This document shows, piece by piece, positions 12,481 to 24,958 of a stretch of 64,000 nucleotides of DNA. The position numbers were made by a program, and so were the translations under genes. Source of the DNA: Azolla caroliniana. Its lineage: Eukaryota > Plantae > Polypodiophyta. Where the stretch lies: positions 27,280,001-27,344,000 of the forward strand of contig JBHGNT010000002.1 of assembly GCA_043228905.1 (NCBI GenBank), written 5' to 3'. Numbering within the stretch: position 1 is the stretch's first letter; each line of letters begins with the position of its first letter. The notes beneath the pieces were generated by a model. That model was not told where the DNA came from and searched no databases. It worked only from the letters and a program-made list of their open reading frames with translations.

Positions 12481-14388
12481 ACCTCAATTTCCACACAGGC
12501 ATCAACTAGCGCCTCCACCTCAAATAGTGTATGGTTTGTTGACTCTGGTGCGTCCAACCATATGACGCCTCATGAAGATTGGTTTCGGGAACTGTATAAA
12601 CTCGATCAGCCCGGATATGTCGAGACTAGCGATGACACGACTCATTCAATATAGCATATCGGGAATGTCCCATTTGGAAATGACGGGGACCAAACTTACC
12701 TCAAGAATGTCTTGCATGTCCCAACAATCACGAAGAACCTGATCTCAGTAGGTCAGATTGTCGAACAGGGAATGCAAGTACGATTCAACAATGACGGTTG
12801 TTTTATTGAAAAAGACGATCAAATAGTAGCCCACGACCGTCGTGAAGGCCGTATGTTCATCCTCGAATCGAGTGAGGTAAAGTCAGCCATGTACGCAAAA
12901 GGCTAGAAAGTCGAAACCGACTTAAAACTGTGGCGAAAGAGAATCGGCCACATCAATCTCTAGAAGCTCCAGAACATGCAATCGAAAGGAGTTGTAATCA
13001 GACTCCCGAACTTTATGGCAAAGGAAATTACAGGCGTATGCGAAGCATGTCAATTCGGAAAGCAACGTTGTCATCCATTCCCTAACGACTGGAATGTGAG
13101 CAAAGGGATCCTGGATGTCGTACATTCAGATGTGTGGGGACCAGCCCAGACAACAACATTCGGCGGATGTCGATACTATGTCACGTTCATCGACGACTTC
13201 TCCAGGAACACCTGGATCTATCCGATGAAGCAGAAGAGTGAAGTGGTCAGGCACTTCCAAACATTCAAGGCCGAAGTCGAGAAAACTACGGGTCGACATA
13301 TACACTGTCTTCGATCAGATGGAGACAAAGAATATTTTTCGGATGTGTTTACGGCGTATCTCCGAAAAGAAGGAATCCGACAAGAGTTCTTGTGTTGACA
13401 CACACCTCAGCAAAACGACGTAGCAGAGCATAAAAATCGCCATATTGTAGAAGTTGCACGAGCCATGATGAACGAGAAGAACATGCCGAAATCATATTGG
13501 GCAGAAGCAGCAAATACGGCCATATATCTCATGAATAGGTGCACAACCTCGAGAGTACACGATATAACTCCCCATGAGAAGTTCTTCGGAAAGAAGTTGG
13601 ACTTGTCACATGTCCGCATTTTCGGTTCTATCGCGTACGTACATATTCCCGACGATATTCGGCAAAAGCTTGACCCAAAGTCAGAGAAATGTATCGTCGT
13701 AGGATACTCACTCGAACAGAAGGGGTACAAATACTACAACCCATCTACCCGAAAAGTTCGCATCAGTCGAGACGTAGTCTTTGACGAGTCCGCATCCTGT
13801 TACGCACCAGAGAATACTTCGACTCCGCTCGACGCGGATGACACCAAAATAAGAATAGAAGCCGAGGATTGGCTCATGTAGATGTTCGAAGACAGCCCAA
13901 CTACGACACAGCTGAGTGGACCGCAAGAGCCCCCAAGTGATAAAAGCACATTTCGGCCAAGTCCAAAGCTAGACAAAGGCAAGGCGAAAATGCAGGAATA
14001 CGAAGATCCTTTTGATCTTGACAGTGAGTTCGAAGGCCTTGACATTCACACGGACAACGTGAAGAAACCTCTAGAGTCCGCAAACGACAAGCCACACCGA
14101 TCTATGCGTGAGAAGAACCCCGTAAACTGTTACGGCTTTGATGAAGGTAGCGTTAGTACGAGAGCGAGAAATGCTTTCTGAAGCCGTGAAGGATCCGCGA
14201 TGGGTTAATGCGATGAATGAGGAAATGGAAGAGTTATGTAAAAACGAGACATGGGATCTCGTTACTCATCCCCCGAACAAGAAACCGATCAGTTGTAGGT
14301 GGATTTACAAAGTGAAACATAACGCCGATGGCTCTGTAAATCTCTTCAAAGCATGGCTCGTTGTAAAAGGATACACGCAAACACACGG

Positions 14389-17300
14389 TGTCGCGTTGTT
14401 ACATGCGTGTGTGGAGAATGAGGCGGGACCACGGGGGCCTTGGACCGAGAAATAACTGAATGAGAAGAGGGGAAGGAAACTACCGATGTACTTAACATGC
14501 GCACAAACACACAGATTCAGAGGAGTTGTAACTAACTCTGAACAATGGAGACAGAACGAATGTATATGTATATATAGATCATGGAGTTACAACCGGCAAG
14601 TCGGCGAGTGATAGGCGCCTGCACACACACACACGCACAGAACACGAGATGGAGACTCTGCCAGAAGCACTCGGGCGTTCCGCGGAGCAGAGTTAGCCTC
14701 CCGAAAACCTGCACAGAACGACTATGGAGATGACAGAGGAGAAGAGCTCGATTCCAGTCCGGCAACAGTTCGTTCTCCACAAAACGAGACCCCCCCCCCC
14801 CCCCCCCCTCCCCTTCCCCCTTCTTTACAATACCTCTCCCTCTCTTTTATACGCGCACAGACACACGCACAGACACATAGATTCACAGGAGTTGCAACTA
14901 ACTCTAAACAATGGAGACAGAACAAATGTGTATGTATATATAGATCAAGGAGTTACAACCGGCAAGCCGGCGAGTGATAGGCTCCGACGCCTGCACACAC
15001 ACGCACACGCACAGAACGTGAGATGGAGACTCTGTTGGAAGCACTCGAGCGTTCCGCGAAGCAGAGTCAGCCTCCCGAAAACCTGCACAGAACGACTATG
15101 GAGACGACAGAGGAGAAGAGCTCTGTTCCAGTCCGGCAGCACTTCGTCCTCCACAAAACGTGATCCCCCCCCCCTTCTTTACAATACCTCTCCCTCTCTT
15201 TTATAGCCCAAGGAGAGAGGCCGTTACCACCCGTTACATCATGTTTATTCCCTGTCATTTCGGACAGGGATATGCCTCGATTTTCTCCCTAATGAATGCG
15301 TGCTACCTAGGATTTCACCTCAACCGACTTATACCTATCTACATACTATACAACAAAACTTGTGCCCACGTGTAAGGGCCGGTTTACGCACGTTATACCC
15401 GGTTTTCGCCTAGGGACGGTTTTCTCCACGACATCCGTCCCCACCTAACCACGCATCCACCAGTATGCGCCAAAATTAGACTCTTGCCGGAGAAGACCGG
15501 CCCACGCTCATCCTTCTTCTTCCGGATCGACATCCGTTCCAAGCCGATCGTTGTCGCCATCCAAGTCGTCTGGGTCTAGTTCAGTCTCGTGCCGCTTTTT
15601 GAATGCTTTGATCCTTTTCCCCGCCACCGGTATCGTAATCCTTGTCCCGTCGAGCTCCGCGAGATGGTAGGTCCCATTGTCGTTGGCGCTTGTCACCACA
15701 TAAGGCCCGAACCACCTTCTTGCAAACTTCCGCATTGCCCTATGCTAGTTGTCGAGGTTGCTGTCATACACTAGAACCCAATCGCCTTCCTCGATCTTCT
15801 TCGGTCTTAGTCAGTGAGTCCGATCGAACTGTCCTTTGTTCTTTACCCTCGCCACCCGTAGCTTCTCTGCGGTTCGGTCCACTTCCTCTGGTCTTCGCTC
15901 CAGCTGCCGAATGCGTGCTGCTAACAGCTCCTCCCAGATCATCTCGTCTTTCCAGTCCACCACGACCCATGAGGAGATTGTCTGCTCTGTTGGCATGATC
16001 GGCTTCTGCCCGTACATTAGCTCTGTCACCATGAACCCGGTTACTGAACTGTGCGTAGTTCGGTCTGCCCACAACGCATAGGGTAAGAGCCGCGGCAAGT
16101 TCCCGACTTGGCCTCCACACACCCGTACTAACGGTTTGACGATTGGCCCGTGTCCGCGTTCCACCTTCCCGTTAGCCTCCGCGTTCCACCTTCCCGTGAG
16201 TGAGAGTTTAATCCCTAGCTGGTCAAACAGCTCGTCCGCCTCTTGCACGTCCAATTCTTCACGGTCGGCCACAATCTTACCTACGCACCCGTACCGGCAT
16301 ACCACTTCTTCGATCAAAAATCGGCACACGGCCGCGGTCGTTTTGTTATGCAATGCTCGACCTTCCAACTGGTTTGTCAGACCCTCCCGAGCCAGCACCA
16401 GATACCGCATTTGCCCTACCCCCATCAACATCGTCACCAGATCCACCATCCACTTGAAGTGGACAATCGGAGGGTAGGTCGGGTGAAGCTCGTCCCGATG
16501 TCGGACTATGGAGTGCACCTGATAGCTTTCGCAAGTCGTCGCGAACCAATGCACATCCCGATATAGTCCCGGCCACCAATACTTCCCCTTTAGCTTCTCT
16601 AATGTGGCCCACGTCCCGCGGTGTCCGGCCTAGGGACTCTCGTGGTATGCCATCATCAATTCTTCTTGTTCCTCTTTCCTTGCCACCACTCGGAGCGGGA
16701 TGTCGTTTCTCTTCTTCGGGTGCTTCCATATGCTCCCGTCCCATCAGAAGAATCGGTACGCTTTCTTCTGAATCTGGTTGGTCTCTTCCTTTGTCCACAA
16801 CGCATCCGGTGTCATTGTCTTTAGGAACCCGCCAATCTGGAACCACTCCCCGTCGTACTTGCTCTCGTCGAATTCGTTAAGCGCCGGAGTGCTCCACTTT
16901 CTTGTTGTTACATAAGCCGCCTCGAAGAAGTCCACACCGACTTCCTCGTCCTCCGAAACCATGCCGTCCTCGTCATCGAACCTTGCTCTCGAAAGCATGT
17001 CGGCCATGGCATTGTCTTTTCCGGAAATGTGTCGTATTTCCGGATTCAGGGACTTGATGTACGCTATCCACCTGAGCATTGCCAGGTCCAACATCGCGCA
17101 TCCGGAAACCATGCCGAGAATCGGCAGGCAGTCTGTCTTGATTATCACCTCTGTCCCGATCAGGTAGTCTTTATCGGCCTTGACCGCCGAAACGATACCC
17201 CAAAGTTTGCGTTTAACCTGGGCGTATCCTCGTTGTCGCTCATGAAGGACTTTCGCGCCAAACTGGATGGGGAACCTCGCGCCATCGTCATCCTCTTGGT

Positions 17301-18723
17301 TGATCACCCATCCGATCCCGATCGGACTCGTGTCCACGGTCACGTAAATCGGAGTGTCTTTGCCATAGACAACCTTTCGAAGCGCCGGTGACGCGGCAAG
17401 TGCTTCTTTCATCTTCCGACCGACTCCGTATACTCGTCTCTCCACTCTAATTTATGCCCTTTTTTCAGCAACCCATAGAGCAGCTCCGCAACGTGAGCGT
17501 AATGCGGGATCTAGATATGGTAGAATGCACATGCTCCCAGGAGTCTCCGAACCTCCATAACCGAATTGCAGTCTTGCTTCATCGTGGAGATGGCCTCCAC
17601 CTTGGCCGGAGACGGTTTCCGACCGTATGTCCCGCATAGGTGTCTAACGACCATGATCTCCGATTGCTCGAAGGCCGATTTTTCCCCGGAGAAGGTGAGC
17701 CTCTCTCCTTCTGGTCTTTGTAGTACCTTCTCGCAGTCATCGACGTGAGCTGCCACGAATTTTTGACATCCGTCCGGTCCAATTGTCTCCACTTAAATTT
17801 ACGCCCTTTTTTCAGCAACCCATAGAGCGCCTCTGCGATGTGGACGTAATGCGGGATCCAGATATGTTAGAATGCACATGCTCCCAGGAGTCTCTGAACC
17901 TCCGTAACCGAATTGCAGTCTTGCTTCATCGCAGAGATGGCCTCCACCTTGGCCGGAGACGGGTTTCCGACTGTATGGCCCGCATAGGTGTCCAACGACC
18001 ATGATCTCCAATTGCCCGAACGCCGATTTTTCCCTGGAGAAGGTACTGCGTTGTTACGCGCGTGCATGGACAACGAGGCGGGACCACGGGGGCCTTGGAC
18101 CGAGAAATAACCGAATGAGAAGAGGGGAAGGAAACTACTGATGTACTTAACATGCGCACAGACACACAAATTCACAGGAGTTGCAACTAACTCTGAACAA
18201 TGCAGACAGAACGAATGTATATGTATATATAGATCATGGAGTTACAACCGGCAAGTCGGCGAGTGATAGGCGCCTGCACACACACACACGCACAGAACGC
18301 GAGATGGAGACTCTGTCGGAAGCACTCGGGTGTTCCGCGGAGCAGAGTCAGCCTGCCGAAAACCTGCACAGAATGACTATGGAGATGACAGAGGAGAAGA
18401 GCTCGATTCCAGTCCGGCAGCACTTCGTCCTCCACAAAACGCGACCCCCCCCCCCCCCCCCCCCTTCTTTACAATACCTCTCCCTCTCTTTTATAGCCCA
18501 AGGAGGGGGGCCGTTACCACCCATTACATCATGTTTATTCCCTGTCCTTTCGGATAGGGATACGCCTCGATTTTCTCCCTAATGAATGCGTGCTACCTAG
18601 GATTTCACCTCAGTCGACTTGTACCTATCTACGTACTATACAACAAAACTTGTGTCCACGTGTAAGGGCCGGTTTACGCACGTTATACCCGGTTTCCACC
18701 TAGGGACGGTTTTCTCCACGACA
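14389..18723 (-). mobile_element. Internally deleted tRNA-Trp-family Gypsy (RT end, RNase H and integrase only)
   Basis: LTRs at 14389-15433 (with an internal ~360-bp duplication) and ~18047-18723 (U5 end clipped). 4-bp TSD ACGG. Peptides VTVDTSPIGIG, KWMVDLV and RRWFGPY. Confidence 0.9.
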
Positions 18724-19020
18724 ACGGTGTAGACTACGAAGAGACCTTTGCCCCAGTTGCAAAGATGACCACAGTACAGACCGTAATTGCACTCGCCGCA
18801 GCGAAAGGGTGGCACCTCCACCAGATGGACTTGAAAAACACCTTCGTCCAAGGAGAGCTAGAAGAAGAAGTGTATATGATACAACCACCCGGATTCGAAT
18901 CACGTAAACATCCGCAGGCCATGTTGAGAAGCAAGCTCAACATGGTATGCGATGCTTATTGGGAAATAAGCTATAGTAGTTATTTAGCTACTTGTGAACA
19001 TAAAGGAGAAACAACTAATT

Positions 19021-19164
19021 AGCTACTGACAGCTATTTAGCTACTGACAGCTATTTAGCTACTGACAGCTATTTAGCTATTGACAGCTATTTAGCGACTG
19101 ACAGCTAATTAGCTACTGACAGCTATTTAGCGACTGACAGCTAATTAGCTACAGGCAGCTAATT
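19021..19164 (+). repeat. 18-bp tandem array in the LTR (8 units; 5 units at 24095-24184)
   Basis: Unit AGCTACTGACAGCTATTT. The 54-bp length difference between the two LTRs equals 3 units. Confidence 0.95.
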
Positions 19165-19625
19165 AGCTGCATACGTAAGTAACTTATTACTTAGGTAGAA
19201 AGTAAGAGAGTAAAAAAAAACAGAGAAGAAGATATACAGGAAGTAGAACTCTGAGAGAGATATAGTGAGCATAGAGAGAAAGAACTCAGAGAGTGAGAGC
19301 AAGAGAGAGAAACAAACGAGAGCAAGTAGAGCTCTGCGCATAATGAAATAGAAGAAGTTTTGGCTGCTACAGAGGTAAGTCTCCTTCCCCCTTCCCTTCT
19401 GTGTTTGAGCACTAAACGATCTAGCATACCACGATCCGCCGCGCACATAAGAAGAGCTCGAGTGCCTTCTTCACGTTTTCTTAACATGGTATCAGAGCAG
19501 AGTTGCTCATAAAGAAGAGTACAAAAGTGCATAGATCTGAGAAAGGTATTTCTCTGTTTGCTGATCTGAATCAGAAAGTTACTTGTTGAAGTAATTGTAA
19601 CAGAAAACCTAGTTTGGAAGAGATA

Positions 19626-22600
19626 ATGGCTGTAGAGAATGCGGGCCAAATAGTTACAGAGAAACTAGATAAAAACAATTTCCCGGCGTGGAAATTTAGA
19701 ATGACAAATTTCCTAATGGGGAAAGGATACTGGGATTACATTGAAGGAGACCTAGAAGAGGCTCCGGAGATCCCAGAAGAAAATGCCACAGCAGCACAGA
19801 TTAAAGCATTCAAAGATTGGAATCAAGGGGCAAGGAAGGTAATGCATTGGCTCTCACTTAGCATCTCAGATTCGATGTTTGGGCACATACAGGATGCTAT
19901 GCTCCCAAAAGAAGCTTGGGACAGTTTGGTAAAACTGTTTGCAGTAAACACAAAAGCTAGAAAGCTACAGTTGAAGACTGAGCTAAATACCTTAGAAAAA
20001 GGTAAGATGTCAATAAATGAGTATGCCTTGAAAATAAAGAGCATATGTGAATCACTTGCTTCTATCAATGTAAAGATAGAAGATGATGATAAGGTAGAAA
20101 TATGCTTGAGAGGCTTGGGACCCCAATACAAAAGCTTTAAAACCTCTATGCTTACAAGGGATAGTATCCCAAGTTTCTCAGATTTGGTTTCAATGCTTGT
20201 AGTAGAAGAAAGGAATCAGATGGATGATGTAAATAAAGGAAATCTTGAGAATGAGGGGCAAGCCCTATATAATAGTGCTGGAAGAGGCAGAGGAAGAGGC
20301 CATGGAAGATTTGGCTCAGCAAGAACCCACAATAATGGTTATCAAGGAAGAGGACAACAAACCATTAGAGGAAGAAACAACAACAGAGGCAGGGGGAGCA
20401 ACCAAGGTAGAGGTAAGCAAACATATGTAAATGATGATGGCTGTTGGTATTGTGGAAAACCAGGCCACACACAAGCTGAATGTTACAAGAAGCAAAATGA
20501 TGAGAAAAGAGGAAAGAGTCAGCAGAATAACTATGCCCAAACTAGTGAAGATTGTGAAAAAGATGGTGCATTTGTGGTACAACATGAGATAGCAGCAGTG
20601 GCTGAAAGCTCACAGAAATGTAATGAAGAGTTTACATGGTATGTAGACTCGGGGGCATCTAACCATATGACTGGACATGCAAACTGGTTTGAAAGGTTGA
20701 GAGAACCAAAGATTCCTGGCTATGTACAGACGGGTGATAATAGTACTCACCAAATAGAACATGTTGGAGATATTCCATTGTGGGAAGAAAAAGGAAAGAC
20801 TAAGTATATGTTGAATGTAATGCATGTTCCAAATCTTGCTAAGAATCTGATTTCTGTTGGACAGATAGTAGAGCAAGGTATGCAAGTAAAGTTTAAGCAA
20901 AGTGGATGCTATATAGAAAAGAATGGGAAGCTCATTGCAAAAGGAAAACGACAAGGAAGAATGTTTATTTTGGATGTTGACATGCCTAGACAGATTTCAA
21001 CTATGTTTGCAAATGGAATGAGTGTAGTCTCAGATGTGGAAATGTGGCATAAAAGGATTGGCCACATAAGTATGCAAACCCTAAAGAATATGTTGAGAAA
21101 AGATGCAGTGGCTGGACTGCCAAAACTGAAAAATTGTGAAATGGGAAAGATATGTGAAGCATGTCAATATGGAAAGCAAAATAGGTTGCCATTCCCTCAT
21201 GAAAGACACATGTAAGTAAAAATTTGTTGGATTTGGTACATACGGATGTATGGGGACCAACTAAGAATGCATCTATCGGTGGCTGCAGATTTTATGTAAC
21301 TTTTATTGATGATTGCTCAAGGAAAACATGGGTGTACTTCATGAAAGAGAAAAGTGAAGTGTTTGAATGTTTTCGTAAGTTTAAATGCATGGTAGAAAAG
21401 CAGGCAGGTACAAGAATAAAATGTTTAAGATCTGATGGAGGAGGAGAGTATTTCTCCAATGAATTTTCTGATTTTCTATGCAATCAGGGAATAAGAAGAC
21501 AGTTCACATGTAGATATACTCCACAGCAAAATGGAGTTGCTGAGAGGAAAAATAGAACATTGGTGAACATTGCAAGGGCTTTGATGACAGAGAAGAATAT
21601 GCCATTGTACTATTGGGCAGAAGCTGTAAATACAGCAAATTATATTCTAAATAGATGTATAACATCGGGAGTACATGAAGCAACTCCTGAAGAGTGTTTC
21701 TATGGAAGGAAACCTAGTATAGAACACTTAAAAGTGTTTGGATGCCTTGCATATGTACATGTGCCTGCAGAAGTAAGAAGTAAGTTGGATCCAAAGGCAA
21801 AAAAATGTATTTTTGTTGGCTATTCAGAAGAACAAAAAGGGTATAGATGCTATAACCCTGTAACAAAGAAGATTGTGACAAGTAGGGATGTAATCTTTGA
21901 TGAGTTAGCCAGCTGGTATAGTCCAAAACAGAATCCAGAGACTGATGAAGACAATGAGATTGAAGACAAAGACAAATCTGAAAATGTAGAAGACTGCCAC
22001 AGAGATGGAAGCAATGTTGGACAGCAAAGTCCAACATCAACAGAATGTTCTGGACCATCAAAAAGCTCAGATGGTAAATCTGATTCAAATTCTTGGAGTG
22101 GAAAAAGTGGAGGACACAAAAAATGTGATGATAAAAAAGGAAAACAGAAAATGCCAGAGTATGAAATGTTGGATGACTTGTCTAAAAACATGGAAGATGA
22201 GGATTCAGATGTGTCATTGGATGATCTTCTTGGTATAAGAGGATTGAAAATCCCTGGTATGGAAAAAGCATTGAAGGATGCAAATCAGAAACTGAGAAGA
22301 TCAGATAGAGAGAAAAAAACTGTTGAAAGATTTGGTTATGATACATACATGGCTATGCATTATGCATACATGTCTAAGGTGGTACAGATCCCTGATCCAA
22401 GTAGTTTTGATGAGGCTAAAACTGAGAAGAAATGGGTGGACGCAATGCAAGAAGAGATTGATGCATTGGCTGAAAACAAAACATGGGATTTGGTGAAGTT
22501 ACCAAAAGAAAAAAATGTGGTAGGTTGCAAATGGGTCTACAAGACAAAGCATGATTCCAGTGGGAATGTAAGTAGACATAACGCAAGATTGGTTGCAAAG

Positions 22601-23977
22601 GGATATGCCCAAATGCAAGGAATTGATTATGATGAGACATTTGCATCGGTTGCAAAGATGGCAACATTGAGGACATTACTGGCTGTAGGTGCAGCCAGAA
22701 GATGGTTTCTTCATCATATGGATGTAAAAAATGCCTTTTTACATGGTAACTTGGAAGAAGAAGTGTATATGTGTCAACCACCAGGTTTTGAAGATAGGAA
22801 GCATCCAGATTATGTATGTAAGCTGAAAAAGGCTCTCTATGGACTGAAACAGGCACCAAGAACATGGCACAGAGAACTTTCAGATTATCTGAAAAAAGTT
22901 GACTTCAAAATGTCAAAGGCTGATTCATCATTGTATGTTAAAAGGAAAGATGATTGTATGGTTGTGATTCTGATTTATGTTGATGATCTCATCATTGGAG
23001 GTGATTTCATGGATGAGATAAGTAAGCTGAAAAGAAATTTGGAAATGAAATTTCATATGAAAGATTTGGGAGATCTGAGATATTTTTTGGGTATTGAAAT
23101 CATCAGATCTGAAAGTGGTATATGTGTGTTGCAAAGACAATATGCAACAACTATGTTGAAAAAGTATGGTATGCTTGGATGCAAACCTATTGGAGTACCA
23201 CTAGATAAAAACTGCAAATTGAGGGCTGATTTGGGAGCCAAAATAGAAGATGTAAACATGTACAGGTCTATGGTGGGCAGCCTTATTTATTTGACCATAA
23301 CAAGACCTGATTTGAGTTATGCAGTTGGATTAGTCAGCCAATTTATGCAACAGCCAACAAAGCCGCATTTGGACTGCATTAGAAGAATTCTGAGGTATGT
23401 AAAAGCTACTCAGAACTATGGATTGTTTTACAGGGCTGATTTGGACATAAATCTGGAAGGATATACAGATGCTGATTGGGCTGGAAGCCAAACAGATAGA
23501 AGATCCACAAGTGGATATATCTTTACATCGGGAAGTGCAGGTATTTCATGGAGTAGCAAGAAACAGGCTACTGTTGCATTGTCTAGTACTGAAGCTGAGT
23601 ACAGAGGAGCTGCCATAGCCACTTGTGAAGAGGTATGGATTAGACGATTGTTTGCTGATTTGGGAGAGTATATAGACGGTACTGTCACAATCTGGTGTGA
23701 CAACATGAGCAGCATTCAACTTGCAAAGAACCCAGTGTTCCATGCGAGAACAAAGCACATTGAAGTGCATTATCACTTTGTTAGAGAAAAAGTGATTGAA
23801 GGAGAAGTTGATCTGGTGTATGTGAATACAAATCAGCAGGTTGCTGATATTCTCACAAAGGGATTGAGTGTGGAAAAGCATACACAATTTCGGAACATGA
23901 TGGGAGTTGTAGACATTGATATGATGGCTGAAAAGCATCATGAAAAAGGAGTTGTAGATAACCCCAAGAAAGGATAA
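19626..23977 (+). pseudogene. Copia Gag-PR-IN-RT-RNase H polyprotein with one frameshift near 21210
   Basis: ORFs 19614-21215 and 21224-23977. Motifs: CCHC knuckle, DSGAS, HTDVWG, YVDD, YTDADWAG. Removing one CA dinucleotide restores ERHVSKNLLDLVH. Confidence 0.93.
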
Positions 23978-24958
23978 GTTGAGCTTGAGGGGGAGTGTTG
24001 AGAAGCAAGCTCAACATGGTATGCGATGCTTATTGGGAAATAAGCTATAGTAGTTATTTAGCTACTTGTGAACATAAAGGAGAAACAACTAATTAGCTAC
24101 TGACAGCTATTTAGCGACTGACAGCTATTTAGCTACTGACAGCTATTTAGCGACTGACAGCTATTTAGCTATAGGCAGCTAATTAGCTGCATACGTAAGT
24201 AACTTATTACTTAGGTAGAAAGTAAGAGAGTAAAAAAAAACAGAGAAGAAGATATACAAGAAGTAGAACTCTGAGAGAGATATAGTGAGCATAGAGAGAA
24301 AGAACTCAGAGAGTGAGAGCAAGAGAGAGAAACAAACGAGAGCAAGTAGAGCTCTGCGCATAATGAAATAGAAGAAGTTTTGGCTGCTACAGAGGTAAGT
24401 CTCCTTCCCCCTTCCCTTCTGTGTTTGAGCACTAAATGATCTATGTTACCCGGACCCGGACAGTCAGTTTTACCGAACAGGTGGGAAAGCGTCGAAAAAC
24501 AGAGTCGGTTCGGATCGACTGTTCGGATCAATGACTCAGCAGTAAAACGAAGAGAACTAAGTTAGTTAGATAATTTTGTAAATCTTGTTAGAGAGTAGGA
24601 ATAGTTCTTGATGAGAAAAGACCTTCGGTATACCTATAAAAGGGAACCAAAGGCATTGTAAGAAAGGTCGTTTTATTTAGTAATATAAGTTTAAGTTAGG
24701 AATATCTTGTACGGCTTCTGTGTTTCTTTGTTGTCTATGATCTTAAGTGCAAGCTTCCTAATTTATAGCTAAATAACGATCACGATAATTACCGATTAAT
24801 ATAGCAATTCCGTTCGTAAAACACAATTCCTTGTTAGAACGTTGAGTAGCGACGTTCACTCTTCTGTATCGGTAGTAGTTAGTAATTAGCCGATTAACAC
24901 AGAAGAATTTTGGCACGCCCGGTTACATCTGCAATTAAGCAGAGAACAATTCGAATGG

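Noticed and set aside
19021-19164. CRISPR-like array
   Set aside because: These are head-to-tail 18-bp units with no unique spacers, inside a eukaryotic LTR, with no cas genes.
21205-21225. Programmed frameshift or splice donor in the Copia polyprotein
   Set aside because: A CA dinucleotide duplication explains it, and it falls inside integrase.
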